From: a candidate division TA06 bacterium | GTDB taxonomy: Bacteria > Hydrothermota > 32-111 > QNBC01 | Assembly (NCBI GenBank): GCA_003641665.1 | Contig: QNBC01000001.1 | Location: 1-43,792, forward strand | Direction of reading: 5' to 3' | DNA: 43,792 nucleotides | In this document: positions 8,092 to 16,314 of the stretch, piece by piece | Layout of the letters: every line of letters begins with the position of its first letter | Numbering within the stretch: the first letter of the stretch is position 1 | Notes under the pieces: generated by a model | What the model saw: only the letters and a program-made list of their open reading frames with translations | Database searches by the model: none | Told to the model about the DNA's origin: nothing | Made by a program: the position numbers and the translations under genes

Positions 8092-9261
8092 TTACCGATT
8101 ATCTAATTTATCAAATTTCCCTTTCGGAGGAGATTTTCTTATTCCAGCCGAAAATGTTATCGCTTTAGTAGGACAACTTTCGATACAGCTTCCGCAAGAG
8201 AAACAATCGGGTATGATCTTTTTCCCTCTCAATATCGCTTTCATTGCATTGGAAGGGCATGATTTCTCGCATAGTCCGCAGGCAATACATTTGTCATAAT
8301 TGACCTTTATTTTGAAAATACTTATCTTTTCGAACAACCATCCTATAAGTCCGAAGGGACAAAAGAAATGGCACCATGGCCTGTATACGAACAGGGATAA
8401 AACTAAAATAAATGCAACAAATACAATTCCTACGATTCCGAAAAGCGCCGGGCTGAAAATTTTGAAGGGGTTAATGGGAGAAATGATGTCGAAAGCCCAG
8501 TTCAATGCGATTACCGTGAATATAATGAAGAAGATTACCCTAATGGAATTTGAAACTGCAAACGGTACCTTGAACCGCTTGAATACCGGTTTTCCTTTGT
8601 TGTCTTCGTTTAAACGAAATATGAGATCCTGGAGAGTGCCGAATTGACATCCCCACGAACATATGAATTTATTTGCCAAAACCACGAGAAGAAGCATAAT
8701 TAGCAGTGAAATTAATCTTGGCAAAAACAGTGTCTTATATTCGCCGAACAAAACTATGGAATCCTTTATGGTACCCATGGGCCCCGGTTCGGAACCCAAA
8801 ATAACGCCGAAGAGAATAACGACGCCGAGGTATATCAGTTTTCTGTTGTTCCTCCTTACTCTTCCCGAGCGAAGTAAGAAGAACATTGTCAAAAGCACCA
8901 GAATCCACAAGATAAATTTAATTTTGATCTTTGTCCAATTCTTTGTTTTGTTTTCCGCCATGAGAGCCATTTTCACTTTGATCCTGTTAATCGCTACCTC
9001 TTTCGGAATCCCGACATTGACGAATTTTTCTTTAAATCCCTTCTCGTCTTTTATGCCGAAAACCGATTTAAGAATTTTTTTATTCAGATGGTTTACAGCG
9101 CCAATCTGCCCGATTGTCATACTGTCATTTATAACAATTGATTTTACGGGTTCGATTTTTTTTACCTTTGGAGTCCACAGTTTTGAGGAGACAAACGAAC
9201 CAGCTACAACAACGGCGAGTAGTAATACGAACAATAGCGATACAAGAAACCTGTTTTTCAT
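8092..9261 (-). CDS. NapH/NosR/MauN-family membrane polyferredoxin (4Fe-4S binding)
   Basis: Membrane CxxC-type motifs CSWGCQFG and WCHFFCPFG. The C-terminus has two ferredoxin motifs, CIACGLCEKSCP and CFSCGSCIESCP. I moved the start from 9300 to the ATG at 9261 (MKNRFLV...), which is preceded by GGGAGGA. Confidence 0.75.
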   Translation of the reverse strand: MKNRFLVSLLFVLLLAVVVAGSFVSSKLWTPKVKKIEPVKSIVINDSMTIGQIGAVNHLNKKILKSVFGIKDEKGFKEKFVNVGIPKEVAINRIKVKMALMAENKTKNWTKIKIKFILWILVLLTMFFLLRSGRVRRNNRKLIYLGVVILFGVILGSEPGPMGTIKDSIVLFGEYKTLFLPRLISLLIMLLLVVLANKFICSWGCQFGTLQDLIFRLNEDNKGKPVFKRFKVPFAVSNSIRVIFFIIFTVIALNWAFDIISPINPFKIFSPALFGIVGIVFVAFILVLSLFVYRPWCHFFCPFGLIGWLFEKISIFKIKVNYDKCIACGLCEKSCPSNAMKAILRGKKIIPDCFSCGSCIESCPTKAITFSAGIRKSPPKGKFDKLDNR

Positions 9262-9302
9262 ATTTGTCCTCCCGGCGTAATAGGTTATATAACTTTCCAC
9301 TC

Positions 9303-9331
9303 AGTATATGAAAAATAAAAAGTGTTGTCAA
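9303..9331 (-). promoter_or_regulatory. Sigma-70-type promoter for the polyferredoxin gene (TTGACA-N17-TATACT)
   Basis: On the reverse strand, -35 TTGACA is at 9331-9326, followed by a 17-nt spacer and -10 TATACT at 9308-9303. Confidence 0.5.
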
Positions 9332-9481
9332 GAAATGTCGTTTAATAGCGGTAGATGGGGATGAAGATATTTATCGGATTAAGGAGAAATAAGGGAATGT
9401 ACCTTCCCCCTTTATAATTGTATCATTTTAAACTTGTTTCAGCATCTCATTGCTTACCTATTAATATATCCATACCTGTCT

Positions 9482-9541
9482 CCGAAACTTTATTGCATGC
9501 GGATCTATCCGCCGGAACTTTAGTGCAGGCGGGTCTATCTC
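9482..9541. repeat. Two tandem 30-bp direct repeats (24/30 identical) upstream of the sigma-54 activator gene
   Basis: R1 at 9482-9511 is ccgaaactttattgcatgcggatctatccg. R2 at 9512-9541 is ccggaactttagtgcaggcgggtctatctc. Aligned by eye. Confidence 0.6.
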
Positions 9542-9562
9542 CCCCACCTGAATCTTTATAAC

Positions 9563-9591
9563 TTGACGGTTTAGAGCGACTAATGTATTAT
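9563..9591 (+). promoter_or_regulatory. Candidate sigma-70-type promoter for the response regulator (TTGACG-N17-TATTAT), -10 only 5 nt from the ATG
   Basis: -35 TTGACG is at 9563-9568, followed by a 17-nt spacer and -10 TATTAT at 9586-9591. The ATG is at 9597, with no SD between. Confidence 0.4.
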
Positions 9592-9596
9592 TGAGT

Positions 9597-10877
9597 ATGA
9601 AAATCTTTGTTGTAGATGACGAAAAAAACCAGCGATTATTACTCTCCGGTTATTTCAAAGATAACGGTTATGAAGTAGAGTCTTTTGTCGGATTCCATGA
9701 TTTGAAAAAGAGCATTGAGGGTGGAAACATCCCGAAGATTATCATTTCCGATTTTAGACTTGGGGAAGAAAACGGTTTTGATATACTGAAGTATATAAAG
9801 AAACTGAAAGGGAATGAAATCTATTTTATAATGGTAACGGCATACGGTTCCATAGAAGATGCAGTAGATGCCATGAAAATGGGGGCATATGACTATATCA
9901 CAAAACCTGTAAACCTGGATGAATTATTGGTTAAAATTAAAAATATTGAAAAAGTTGTAAATCTTAGGAGAGATTTGATAAAAAGTAATAAAAAGTTGGA
10001 TAATCTCCTTGAAAATGATCTGTTTATTGCATCGTCTCCCTCTTCGAAAAAGGTACTAAGTTTGATAAAAAAGGCAGCGGAAGTGAATTATCCGGTTTTG
10101 ATTACAGGAGAAACGGGAGTCGGGAAAGAGGTGGCAGCTAATGCAATACATAAGTTAAGTGACAGAAGCAATGCTCCGTTTATCGCTGTTAACAGTGCCG
10201 CACTGCCGAAAGAACTCGTAGAAGCGGAATTGTTCGGCAGTGAAAAGGGTGCTTACACGGGGAGTATTTCCCGAAGAAAAGGAAAATTCGAAGAAGCCTC
10301 GGGAGGGACATTGTTTTTGGATGAAATAGGTGAAATGCCTTTGGATGTACAATCAAAGATTTTAAGAGCCATTGAAACAAATGTCGTTGTAAGAATCGGG
10401 GGGAGCAAAGAGATAAAGATAGATACCCGTATTATTGCCGCTACCAATAGAGATGTGGAAGCTGAAGTGAAAAACGGTAATTTTCGCGAGGACCTTTACT
10501 ATCGACTAAATGTGATAAGAATTGACATACCTCCTTTGAGGGAAAGACAAGAAGATATAATTGCTATAGCGAAATATATTGTTAAGAAGGAATTTCCGGA
10601 AGAATACAACAATACCGAAGAAAACTTTTATCTTTCATTATTGAACAAAGAGTGGAAGGGAAATGTGAGAGAGCTTATAAATTATTTGAGAAGGCATATG
10701 ATTTTTAAGGGAGATGAGAAGATAGAAGAAAAAAGCGGATTTCTTTCGCTTAAAGAGGTGGAGGACCAATATATAAAAAAGATACTGAATTATACTAACG
10801 GAAATATAAATAAAGCGGCTTCCATTCTCGGTGTTCACAGAAATACGCTATCTAAACGAATAAAAGAGATTGAATGA
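9597..10877 (+). CDS. Sigma-54-dependent response regulator (NtrC family: REC + AAA+ + Fis-type HTH)
   Basis: REC domain: DD at positions 6-7 (numbering from the ATG at 9597), ISDFRLGEENG, MVTAYG, ITKPV. AAA+ domain: Walker A GETGVGKE, GAFTGA-variant GAYTGS, Walker B LFLDEIGE. C-terminal HTH: NINKAASILGVHRNTLSKRIKE. The track start at 9591 is a TTG; the ATG at 9597 (MKIFVVDDE) fits homologues. Confidence 0.9.
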   Translation: MKIFVVDDEKNQRLLLSGYFKDNGYEVESFVGFHDLKKSIEGGNIPKIIISDFRLGEENGFDILKYIKKLKGNEIYFIMVTAYGSIEDAVDAMKMGAYDYITKPVNLDELLVKIKNIEKVVNLRRDLIKSNKKLDNLLENDLFIASSPSSKKVLSLIKKAAEVNYPVLITGETGVGKEVAANAIHKLSDRSNAPFIAVNSAALPKELVEAELFGSEKGAYTGSISRRKGKFEEASGGTLFLDEIGEMPLDVQSKILRAIETNVVVRIGGSKEIKIDTRIIAATNRDVEAEVKNGNFREDLYYRLNVIRIDIPPLRERQEDIIAIAKYIVKKEFPEEYNNTEENFYLSLLNKEWKGNVRELINYLRRHMIFKGDEKIEEKSGFLSLKEVEDQYIKKILNYTNGNINKAASILGVHRNTLSKRIKEIE

Positions 10878-12907
10878 GGAAGTTAATATTTCTTATCCCT
10901 CTGATATTTTTATATAGCGGAGGGTATGTGGGTGGTAAAGCCGAAAATTTATCCGTTTATGTAGAAAGATGCGATTGGGGAAAAGCATATTCATATATTT
11001 CTGCAAATGTTAATGCGCCCGTAGAAATGACCAATTATATTAAAATGCGTTATTTTGAAGAAATCAACAGCCTTGATTCGGCTCTGTTTTATGCCAATAA
11101 ACTTAACGGAATCTCTAATAATACACTGTTCTATAATATTGTAAGGGTATACAAAAAGACAAACAATGATTCGCTTATTTTAAAATATGCCAATATAAGA
11201 AACGATTCGCTCATCAAGTTGTTCTATTTTGCGGCTCATCAAATGATGGATTCTGTTAGAATCTATCTGGATGCTTTACCTGACACTTCTTTTTACAGGA
11301 TTTACAAGCTGATTATTAATGGTAGAAAATGGGGAGACATAGAGGATAAGATCCGACATTTGAATTATGATTCGAAGGCATATGTTTATGAAAGGTTATC
11401 AATGTACAGTAAAGCCGTTTCTCTTAGAAAAAAACTGTTGAAATTCAGAGGGATTGACAATATCTATATATTGGCAAAAGATTGTTACATAATAGGAGAC
11501 AAGGAGCGTGCTTATTACTATTTCAGGTTTATTGTAGACCATTTTCCGGACTCAAAATATGCATTAAAATCATTATACTATCTAAAAAAAGACAGAAAAA
11601 TTCACGGTAAACTGAGATATAGAGCAGCACAAATCTATATTTCTTTCGGAAGATACAGAAACGCGCTTTCTGCTATATCTCCACTGTCACGACATTCTTG
11701 GCGTAATAAAATGATAAGAGCGATTTGTTATTATCATTTGAGAAGGTACAGAAGCACAGTCAAATTACTATGGAAAAAACGCAACAATAATACAAGCGAA
11801 GCACCTTTTTACATAGGTTTATCCTATTACAGAATGAAAAAATATAAAAAAGCAAAGAGATACCTGCTTTACTATATAAAACAGTGTCACAATGTTGAAG
11901 AGCATATGGGAGAGGCATATTACAGAATGGCACAAATGGACAGTAATAGAAAAGATATTTATTATAAAATGACACTTGAATATGATGTACCTGTTTATTT
12001 TAAAGAAAGAGCACTTTTCTCGTTATATGAGAGTGGAGATACTGCACTATTTCAAGATGTAATAAATCAATTTGTTCCCCAAACAGGTTCTCTTACGCCT
12101 AAAATGGCTTACTCATTGATGAAGATGTCATTGGTTCTTGACAATAATGGACTTGCCACATATTACAAGGAATATTTAAAGCAGAAATATCCCATAGGTT
12201 ATTATGCCGTAGAATCGGACAGCAATAATTTTGGCAATGTTCATTACATAGAAGACGACAGTATTGTGAAACCGTTAGAGATTGGTATTATTAGCGGATA
12301 TCAGAGTATCGTAAAGCGAATTTTAAAGGAAGCTAAAGGAGGAAAATACTATCTCGCACTGGCAAAATATGCCTTTAAATCGGGGAATTATCCGTTATCC
12401 ATAAATTTCGGGAAAAAATATTTAAATTATTGTATTGAAATGGGACACACAATTAATGATTCGCTGTATTATTTTCTCTTTCCCACCGGATATGCATCTG
12501 TTGTCGAAGATGCATCTTTGAAATATGGTGTTGATAAATCGCTTATTTATGCTATTATACGAGAGGAAAGTTGGTTTCAAAGGCGTGCCGTTTCGAGAAT
12601 GGGAGCGATTGGGGTAATGCAAATATTACCTTCCACTTTTAGGCATTTGAAAAGGTTTAACAGACACAGGTATTTTGATATCAGCTACAATATTGATGCG
12701 GGTACTTTTTATCTGTCTCAATTGATGAAGAGATATAATCGTAATATTTTGCAGGTTATAGCACACTATAACGGAGGTAGCTTCCCTGCAAACGGTGGAG
12801 AGGAGCTTGATTTTATCGAGCACATCCCGTATGTTGAAACGGAGAAATATGTAAAAAACGTGATGAGGTCATATGAGATTTACAAGAATTTGTATAGTTC
12901 TGATTAG
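10874..12907 (+). CDS. Lytic murein transglycosylase (Slt family) with a long helical-repeat N-terminal domain
   Basis: The C-terminal SLT domain has the catalytic AIIREESWF motif, plus GAIGVMQILP and AHYNGG. The N-terminal roughly 500 aa are Y/K-rich and helical (TPR/superhelical-like). Signal peptide present. The start overlaps the regulator stop (ATGA). Confidence 0.8.
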   Translation: MRKLIFLIPLIFLYSGGYVGGKAENLSVYVERCDWGKAYSYISANVNAPVEMTNYIKMRYFEEINSLDSALFYANKLNGISNNTLFYNIVRVYKKTNNDSLILKYANIRNDSLIKLFYFAAHQMMDSVRIYLDALPDTSFYRIYKLIINGRKWGDIEDKIRHLNYDSKAYVYERLSMYSKAVSLRKKLLKFRGIDNIYILAKDCYIIGDKERAYYYFRFIVDHFPDSKYALKSLYYLKKDRKIHGKLRYRAAQIYISFGRYRNALSAISPLSRHSWRNKMIRAICYYHLRRYRSTVKLLWKKRNNNTSEAPFYIGLSYYRMKKYKKAKRYLLYYIKQCHNVEEHMGEAYYRMAQMDSNRKDIYYKMTLEYDVPVYFKERALFSLYESGDTALFQDVINQFVPQTGSLTPKMAYSLMKMSLVLDNNGLATYYKEYLKQKYPIGYYAVESDSNNFGNVHYIEDDSIVKPLEIGIISGYQSIVKRILKEAKGGKYYLALAKYAFKSGNYPLSINFGKKYLNYCIEMGHTINDSLYYFLFPTGYASVVEDASLKYGVDKSLIYAIIREESWFQRRAVSRMGAIGVMQILPSTFRHLKRFNRHRYFDISYNIDAGTFYLSQLMKRYNRNILQVIAHYNGGSFPANGGEELDFIEHIPYVETEKYVKNVMRSYEIYKNLYSSD

Positions 12908-14216
12908 TTTGATGTTCTGCGGTACCGTTCTTTTTTCGGAGACTTATAACGACATGTTTGTTTATCCTCCGTACGGGCATTCAATGGGTATTCATAAAGC
13001 GAATGTTTCAACATATAAAATGGTTTACGGTAAATCGATTTCATTTGCCGAAGCCGGTGGTATTTCGGCGGTTAAGCTAAATGAAAAGAATAAAAAAGGG
13101 GTTGATGACGATGATGAACTTACAATTTTTCTTGCCGATCAAATTAATGGCGATTTGCTTTACAATGTCGGATTCAATAAACTAATTTCCTTTAAGGACA
13201 GTATAAAAAATCCCGTTGTTATAAAGGCTGAACCTTCGGGGAATGTAATAGTCGGCGATGTGGGAAGGAAAGCTGTAATCTTGTTTAAATACGAGAATGA
13301 TTCGCTTCGATATGTAAGAACCATTTTACGCAATGTTTTACCGGCTGGGATTGATTTCGGAGATAAGAATTTCATCTTCGTTTCAGATGCATTGTCCGGT
13401 AGAATAATAAAAATCACAACGGAAGGGAAGATACTTAAGAGCATTAATGTAAAATCTCCCGGAAAAATAACAACCATAAAAAGATTAGACATGTGGCAGG
13501 TAAGCGGTCCCTCGGTTGTTTACGCTATAACAAATAATGGGCGCAGCGTAGAGAAATTCGATTTCCACCTAAACAAAATAGGAGAGTATGATACGCCTTC
13601 TTACGATCTTGTAGAATGTAATTTTACCGATATAGCCAATGATTTTTATAGAAATTTGTATCTTGTTGATAATAAAAACAGTCGTATTGTCAAATTGACA
13701 GGTGATTTAAAATATGTATGTGATTTCGGTAGATTCGGTACCGGGGACAAGGAATTTTACTATCCGGAGTATATATCCATTTGGAAACGATTCGGACAGA
13801 TATTCATTGTAGATCGAAACGGAATATCGTATTATTGGATGGGAATAGACGGCAATATAATCGATATTTCTCCGGCAGTGCTAACAAAACGGTACCCGGG
13901 GATAACATTCGTCATATTTTCTACGGATTTTGCCATTGCAAGGGTAAAAATTTATAATAAAAGCGGTAATATAGTGCGGTCATTCACATTCCCCAAAAGA
14001 TTAAAACCGGGAAAAAACAACATTTTATGGGATGGGAAATCCAATAACGGGAAAATATGCCCGGACGGCGAATATAAGGTGAAGTTAGTGATGGAACCTA
14101 CATATTCCTCACGCGGGTATTTCAAGAAGAACCTGTCCGCTCGCATTAAAATAAATTTGAAAAACGGTATAGGGAAAACTAAAAACAACAAGAGATATGA
14201 AGAGAATTGGTTTTAA
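12873..14216 (+). CDS. Secreted NHL-repeat (beta-propeller) protein with a FlgD-Ig-like C-terminal domain
   Basis: Signal peptide. NHL-like repeats (NLYLVDNKNSRIVKL, GTGDKEFYYPEYISI...IFIVDRNG). FlgD_ig-like segment ARVKIYNKSGNIVRSF...ILWDGKSNNGKICPDGEYKVKL. GAGG SD upstream. Overlaps the Slt gene by 35 nt. Confidence 0.65.
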   Translation: MRFTRICIVLISLMFCGTVLFSETYNDMFVYPPYGHSMGIHKANVSTYKMVYGKSISFAEAGGISAVKLNEKNKKGVDDDDELTIFLADQINGDLLYNVGFNKLISFKDSIKNPVVIKAEPSGNVIVGDVGRKAVILFKYENDSLRYVRTILRNVLPAGIDFGDKNFIFVSDALSGRIIKITTEGKILKSINVKSPGKITTIKRLDMWQVSGPSVVYAITNNGRSVEKFDFHLNKIGEYDTPSYDLVECNFTDIANDFYRNLYLVDNKNSRIVKLTGDLKYVCDFGRFGTGDKEFYYPEYISIWKRFGQIFIVDRNGISYYWMGIDGNIIDISPAVLTKRYPGITFVIFSTDFAIARVKIYNKSGNIVRSFTFPKRLKPGKNNILWDGKSNNGKICPDGEYKVKLVMEPTYSSRGYFKKNLSARIKINLKNGIGKTKNNKRYEENWF

Positions 14217-15375
14217 TTTTATTTTGCTTATTTTTATAATGTCATCTACGCTTTTTTCCATTGAACTCATAGAGCCGGATTCAGTAAGGATTCCGGATGT
14301 AATATTAATGGGCGAGAATGTCTATATTACATATCCATTTGATATTAATGTTGGAAGACAAAATCCGTTTGCAAGCGATAGTGATTATATATTCTATTCT
14401 AATCGCATAGGAGGAATTATAACAAATATTGACGGGATAGTAGCGGTGGAAGATAACAGCTATGATGGTTTGGTAATTTCGCGATTGTTATATGGTAGAG
14501 CCTTTGATTCGAATATATTCGGTGCATATTTGATTCGTAACTATATGAGAAACATTTCGGGAAAAACAGGAGTTACAAGCTTTTATGAGGATTCGTTGAA
14601 TAATTATATTATTTATCAAAATATACAATGGCGTAACGAAAAATTTCCTTTAATTTTATCCTTTGTATCAAAATATAATGAGGACTCTTTTAAATATAAG
14701 GTGAAATTATCAGGCTATAATTCAAGGCAATTTCTCAATCTGGAATATGATGGCAACGATATCGTTTTACGATTTTCAAACAGAATTAAACGATTCAAAT
14801 TTGAGGGAAATTTGAATACAGGTGAGAAAAAATCAAAATTCGGTATATTTACGCATATTGACAAGAGTATATTTAACATGTCTGAAGTGGGCATTTTTTA
14901 CGATTATTATAATAGGGTGTTTTCAACTGATATTTCTCACTTACTGAGATTGGATTCTAAAAATTTATTAAAATTCGGTGTCGATTACCGTTTTACCCGT
15001 GACGCCTATACGTATCTTACATACTTTCGGACTAAACCGTATATAAACACTTCATTTTATTATTATTTTCCTTCCGATAGTCTTGTAATATCCGCGACTT
15101 CTATGTTTAGCCGGAAATACTATAAGGGTTATGTTTCGGGGAGTCTGAAATACGACACAACTATAAGCTACAATCTCACTCTTTATAGTACAATTGTTTG
15201 GGAACCGAAGGATGCTCTTTTCTTGGATCCCGGTATGAAAATGACCGGCAATGAAAAGAAGATTGAAGTTATCCCTGTTGTGGAAATCAGATTTATCGAT
15301 GCATCACTATTTGTTTGTTACAATCTTTATTGGAAACGGATTTCTATTGTCGGTAAATGGGATTTTTATAACTAG
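14197..15375 (+). CDS. Hypothetical secreted protein, possibly an outer-membrane beta-barrel
   Basis: Signal-peptide-like N-terminus. The sequence is aromatic-rich with an alternating pattern throughout (YDYYNRVFSTD, FGVDYRFTRDAYTY, VGKWDFYN at the C-terminus). Overlaps the upstream gene by 20 nt. No family recognised. Confidence 0.45.
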   Translation: MKRIGFNFILLIFIMSSTLFSIELIEPDSVRIPDVILMGENVYITYPFDINVGRQNPFASDSDYIFYSNRIGGIITNIDGIVAVEDNSYDGLVISRLLYGRAFDSNIFGAYLIRNYMRNISGKTGVTSFYEDSLNNYIIYQNIQWRNEKFPLILSFVSKYNEDSFKYKVKLSGYNSRQFLNLEYDGNDIVLRFSNRIKRFKFEGNLNTGEKKSKFGIFTHIDKSIFNMSEVGIFYDYYNRVFSTDISHLLRLDSKNLLKFGVDYRFTRDAYTYLTYFRTKPYINTSFYYYFPSDSLVISATSMFSRKYYKGYVSGSLKYDTTISYNLTLYSTIVWEPKDALFLDPGMKMTGNEKKIEVIPVVEIRFIDASLFVCYNLYWKRISIVGKWDFYN

Positions 15376-16139
15376 TACTCTTTGATGTGGATGTCTCCAC
15401 TCTTCACATTTACATTTATTTTGAGATGCCCGTCTCCTCTGTTTGCGATTAATAGGCCTCTTTCTCTTTTCGATATATTGTTCATATCAAAACCAACATC
15501 GATGTCTCCGCTCTTTGATTGGATATTGAATTCCGTTCCGATATTACGAGGTAGCTCAATATATATATCTGAAGATATCGCTTCTACTGTCAGTAAAGTA
15601 CTGTCAATTATATTTAATCTGATATCCCCTGAAACAGATTTGACCGTTATATTCCCGTTTATTTCCCGGATATCAATGTCGCCACTTACAGATTTAACGA
15701 ATCCTCCTCTTGTAGCGATTATCCTTATATCACCCGAAACAGTAGTTATATTGAGATTTCCTTCGATTCCATTAAGCTCTATGTCTCCCGATAGAATTTT
15801 AGCTCTGACATTTAAAGATCTGTTTGCATCAACGATTATATCGTCGGCTTTTTGTGATTTTATGAAGAATGTGTCTCCTTTCTGAGTGCCGGTCATTGGC
15901 CCGTCTGCACGCGCATCTACTCCATCCTTATCTATGCCGGAAATAGTTAAATCGGTGCTAAGAGCGCTTATATCGATATTTTTAATGCCTGTTTCAATGT
16001 TATCAACATTTAAAGTGTCCCCCTCCTCACTGTTTTCCTTCTCATGTCGTAATATTTCGCGTATCAACTTTTCTCCATCTTCGCTCGAAATTTTTTTCTC
16101 TGCCACAAGCTTCAGTATTTTTCGTATACTTTCGTTCAT
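15372..16139 (-). CDS. DUF4097-type (putative adhesin / beta-helix) protein with an N-terminal SHOCT-like helix
   Basis: Repeated (V)SGDI(R/D)I strands (SGDIELNG, VSGDIRII, VSGDIDIRE, VSGDIRLNI, SGDIDVG, SGDIHIK). N-terminus KILKLVAEKKISSEDGEKLIREIL. I moved the start from 16202 to the ATG at 16139, which is preceded by AAGGAGG. No signal peptide. Confidence 0.7.
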   Translation of the reverse strand: MNESIRKILKLVAEKKISSEDGEKLIREILRHEKENSEEGDTLNVDNIETGIKNIDISALSTDLTISGIDKDGVDARADGPMTGTQKGDTFFIKSQKADDIIVDANRSLNVRAKILSGDIELNGIEGNLNITTVSGDIRIIATRGGFVKSVSGDIDIREINGNITVKSVSGDIRLNIIDSTLLTVEAISSDIYIELPRNIGTEFNIQSKSGDIDVGFDMNNISKRERGLLIANRGDGHLKINVNVKSGDIHIKEY

Positions 16140-16174
16140 TACGCCTCCTTTGTGAGAATTAATAATATTAATTA

Positions 16175-16202
16175 ATAATACATAAATTATAAATAAAGTC
16201 AA
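16175..16202 (-). promoter_or_regulatory. Candidate promoter for the DUF4097 gene (TTGACT-N16-TATTAT)
   Basis: On the reverse strand, -35 TTGACT is at 16202-16197, followed by a 16-nt spacer and -10 TATTAT at 16180-16175. The context is very AT-rich, so specificity is limited. Confidence 0.35.
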
Positions 16203-16206
16203 GTTA

Positions 16207-16249
16207 ATAATTAATATATTTTATAAAATTTCCAAAATATATTAATTAT
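16207..16249. repeat. Perfect 16-bp inverted repeat with an 11-bp spacer between divergent promoters
   Basis: ATAATTAATATATTTT at 16207-16222 and AAAATATATTAATTAT at 16234-16249 are exact reverse complements. The spacer is ataaaatttcc. Confidence 0.7.
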
Positions 16250-16277
16250 AGAAGGGTAGAATATGCTGAATATCAAC

Positions 16278-16306
16278 TTGATATTTGGAAGGAAATGATA
16301 TATACT
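16278..16306 (+). promoter_or_regulatory. Candidate promoter for pyk (TTGATA-N17-TATACT), -10 ends 8 nt before the ATG
   Basis: -35 TTGATA is at 16278-16283, followed by a 17-nt spacer and -10 TATACT at 16301-16306. The ATG is at 16315, with no SD between. Confidence 0.45.
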
Positions 16307-16314
16307 TTGTTACT

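Noticed and set aside
9361-9417. An 18-codon mini-ORF (MKIFIGLRRNKGMYLPPL) in the intergenic region, overlapping a small hairpin (GGGAA-tgtacc-TTCCC). Its first four residues match those of the downstream regulator.
   Set aside because: It is too short to support from sequence alone. There is no convincing SD or promoter, the hairpin is weak with no clean U-tract, and the MKIF match is only about 12/17 nt and plausibly chance.
9512-9530. A sigma-54 promoter-like element in repeat R2 (cGGaac-tttagt-GCa).
   Set aside because: The GG-to-GC spacing is 9 nt, not the required 10. The flanking consensus bases (TGGCAC / TTGC) are mostly absent, and R1 lacks the GG.
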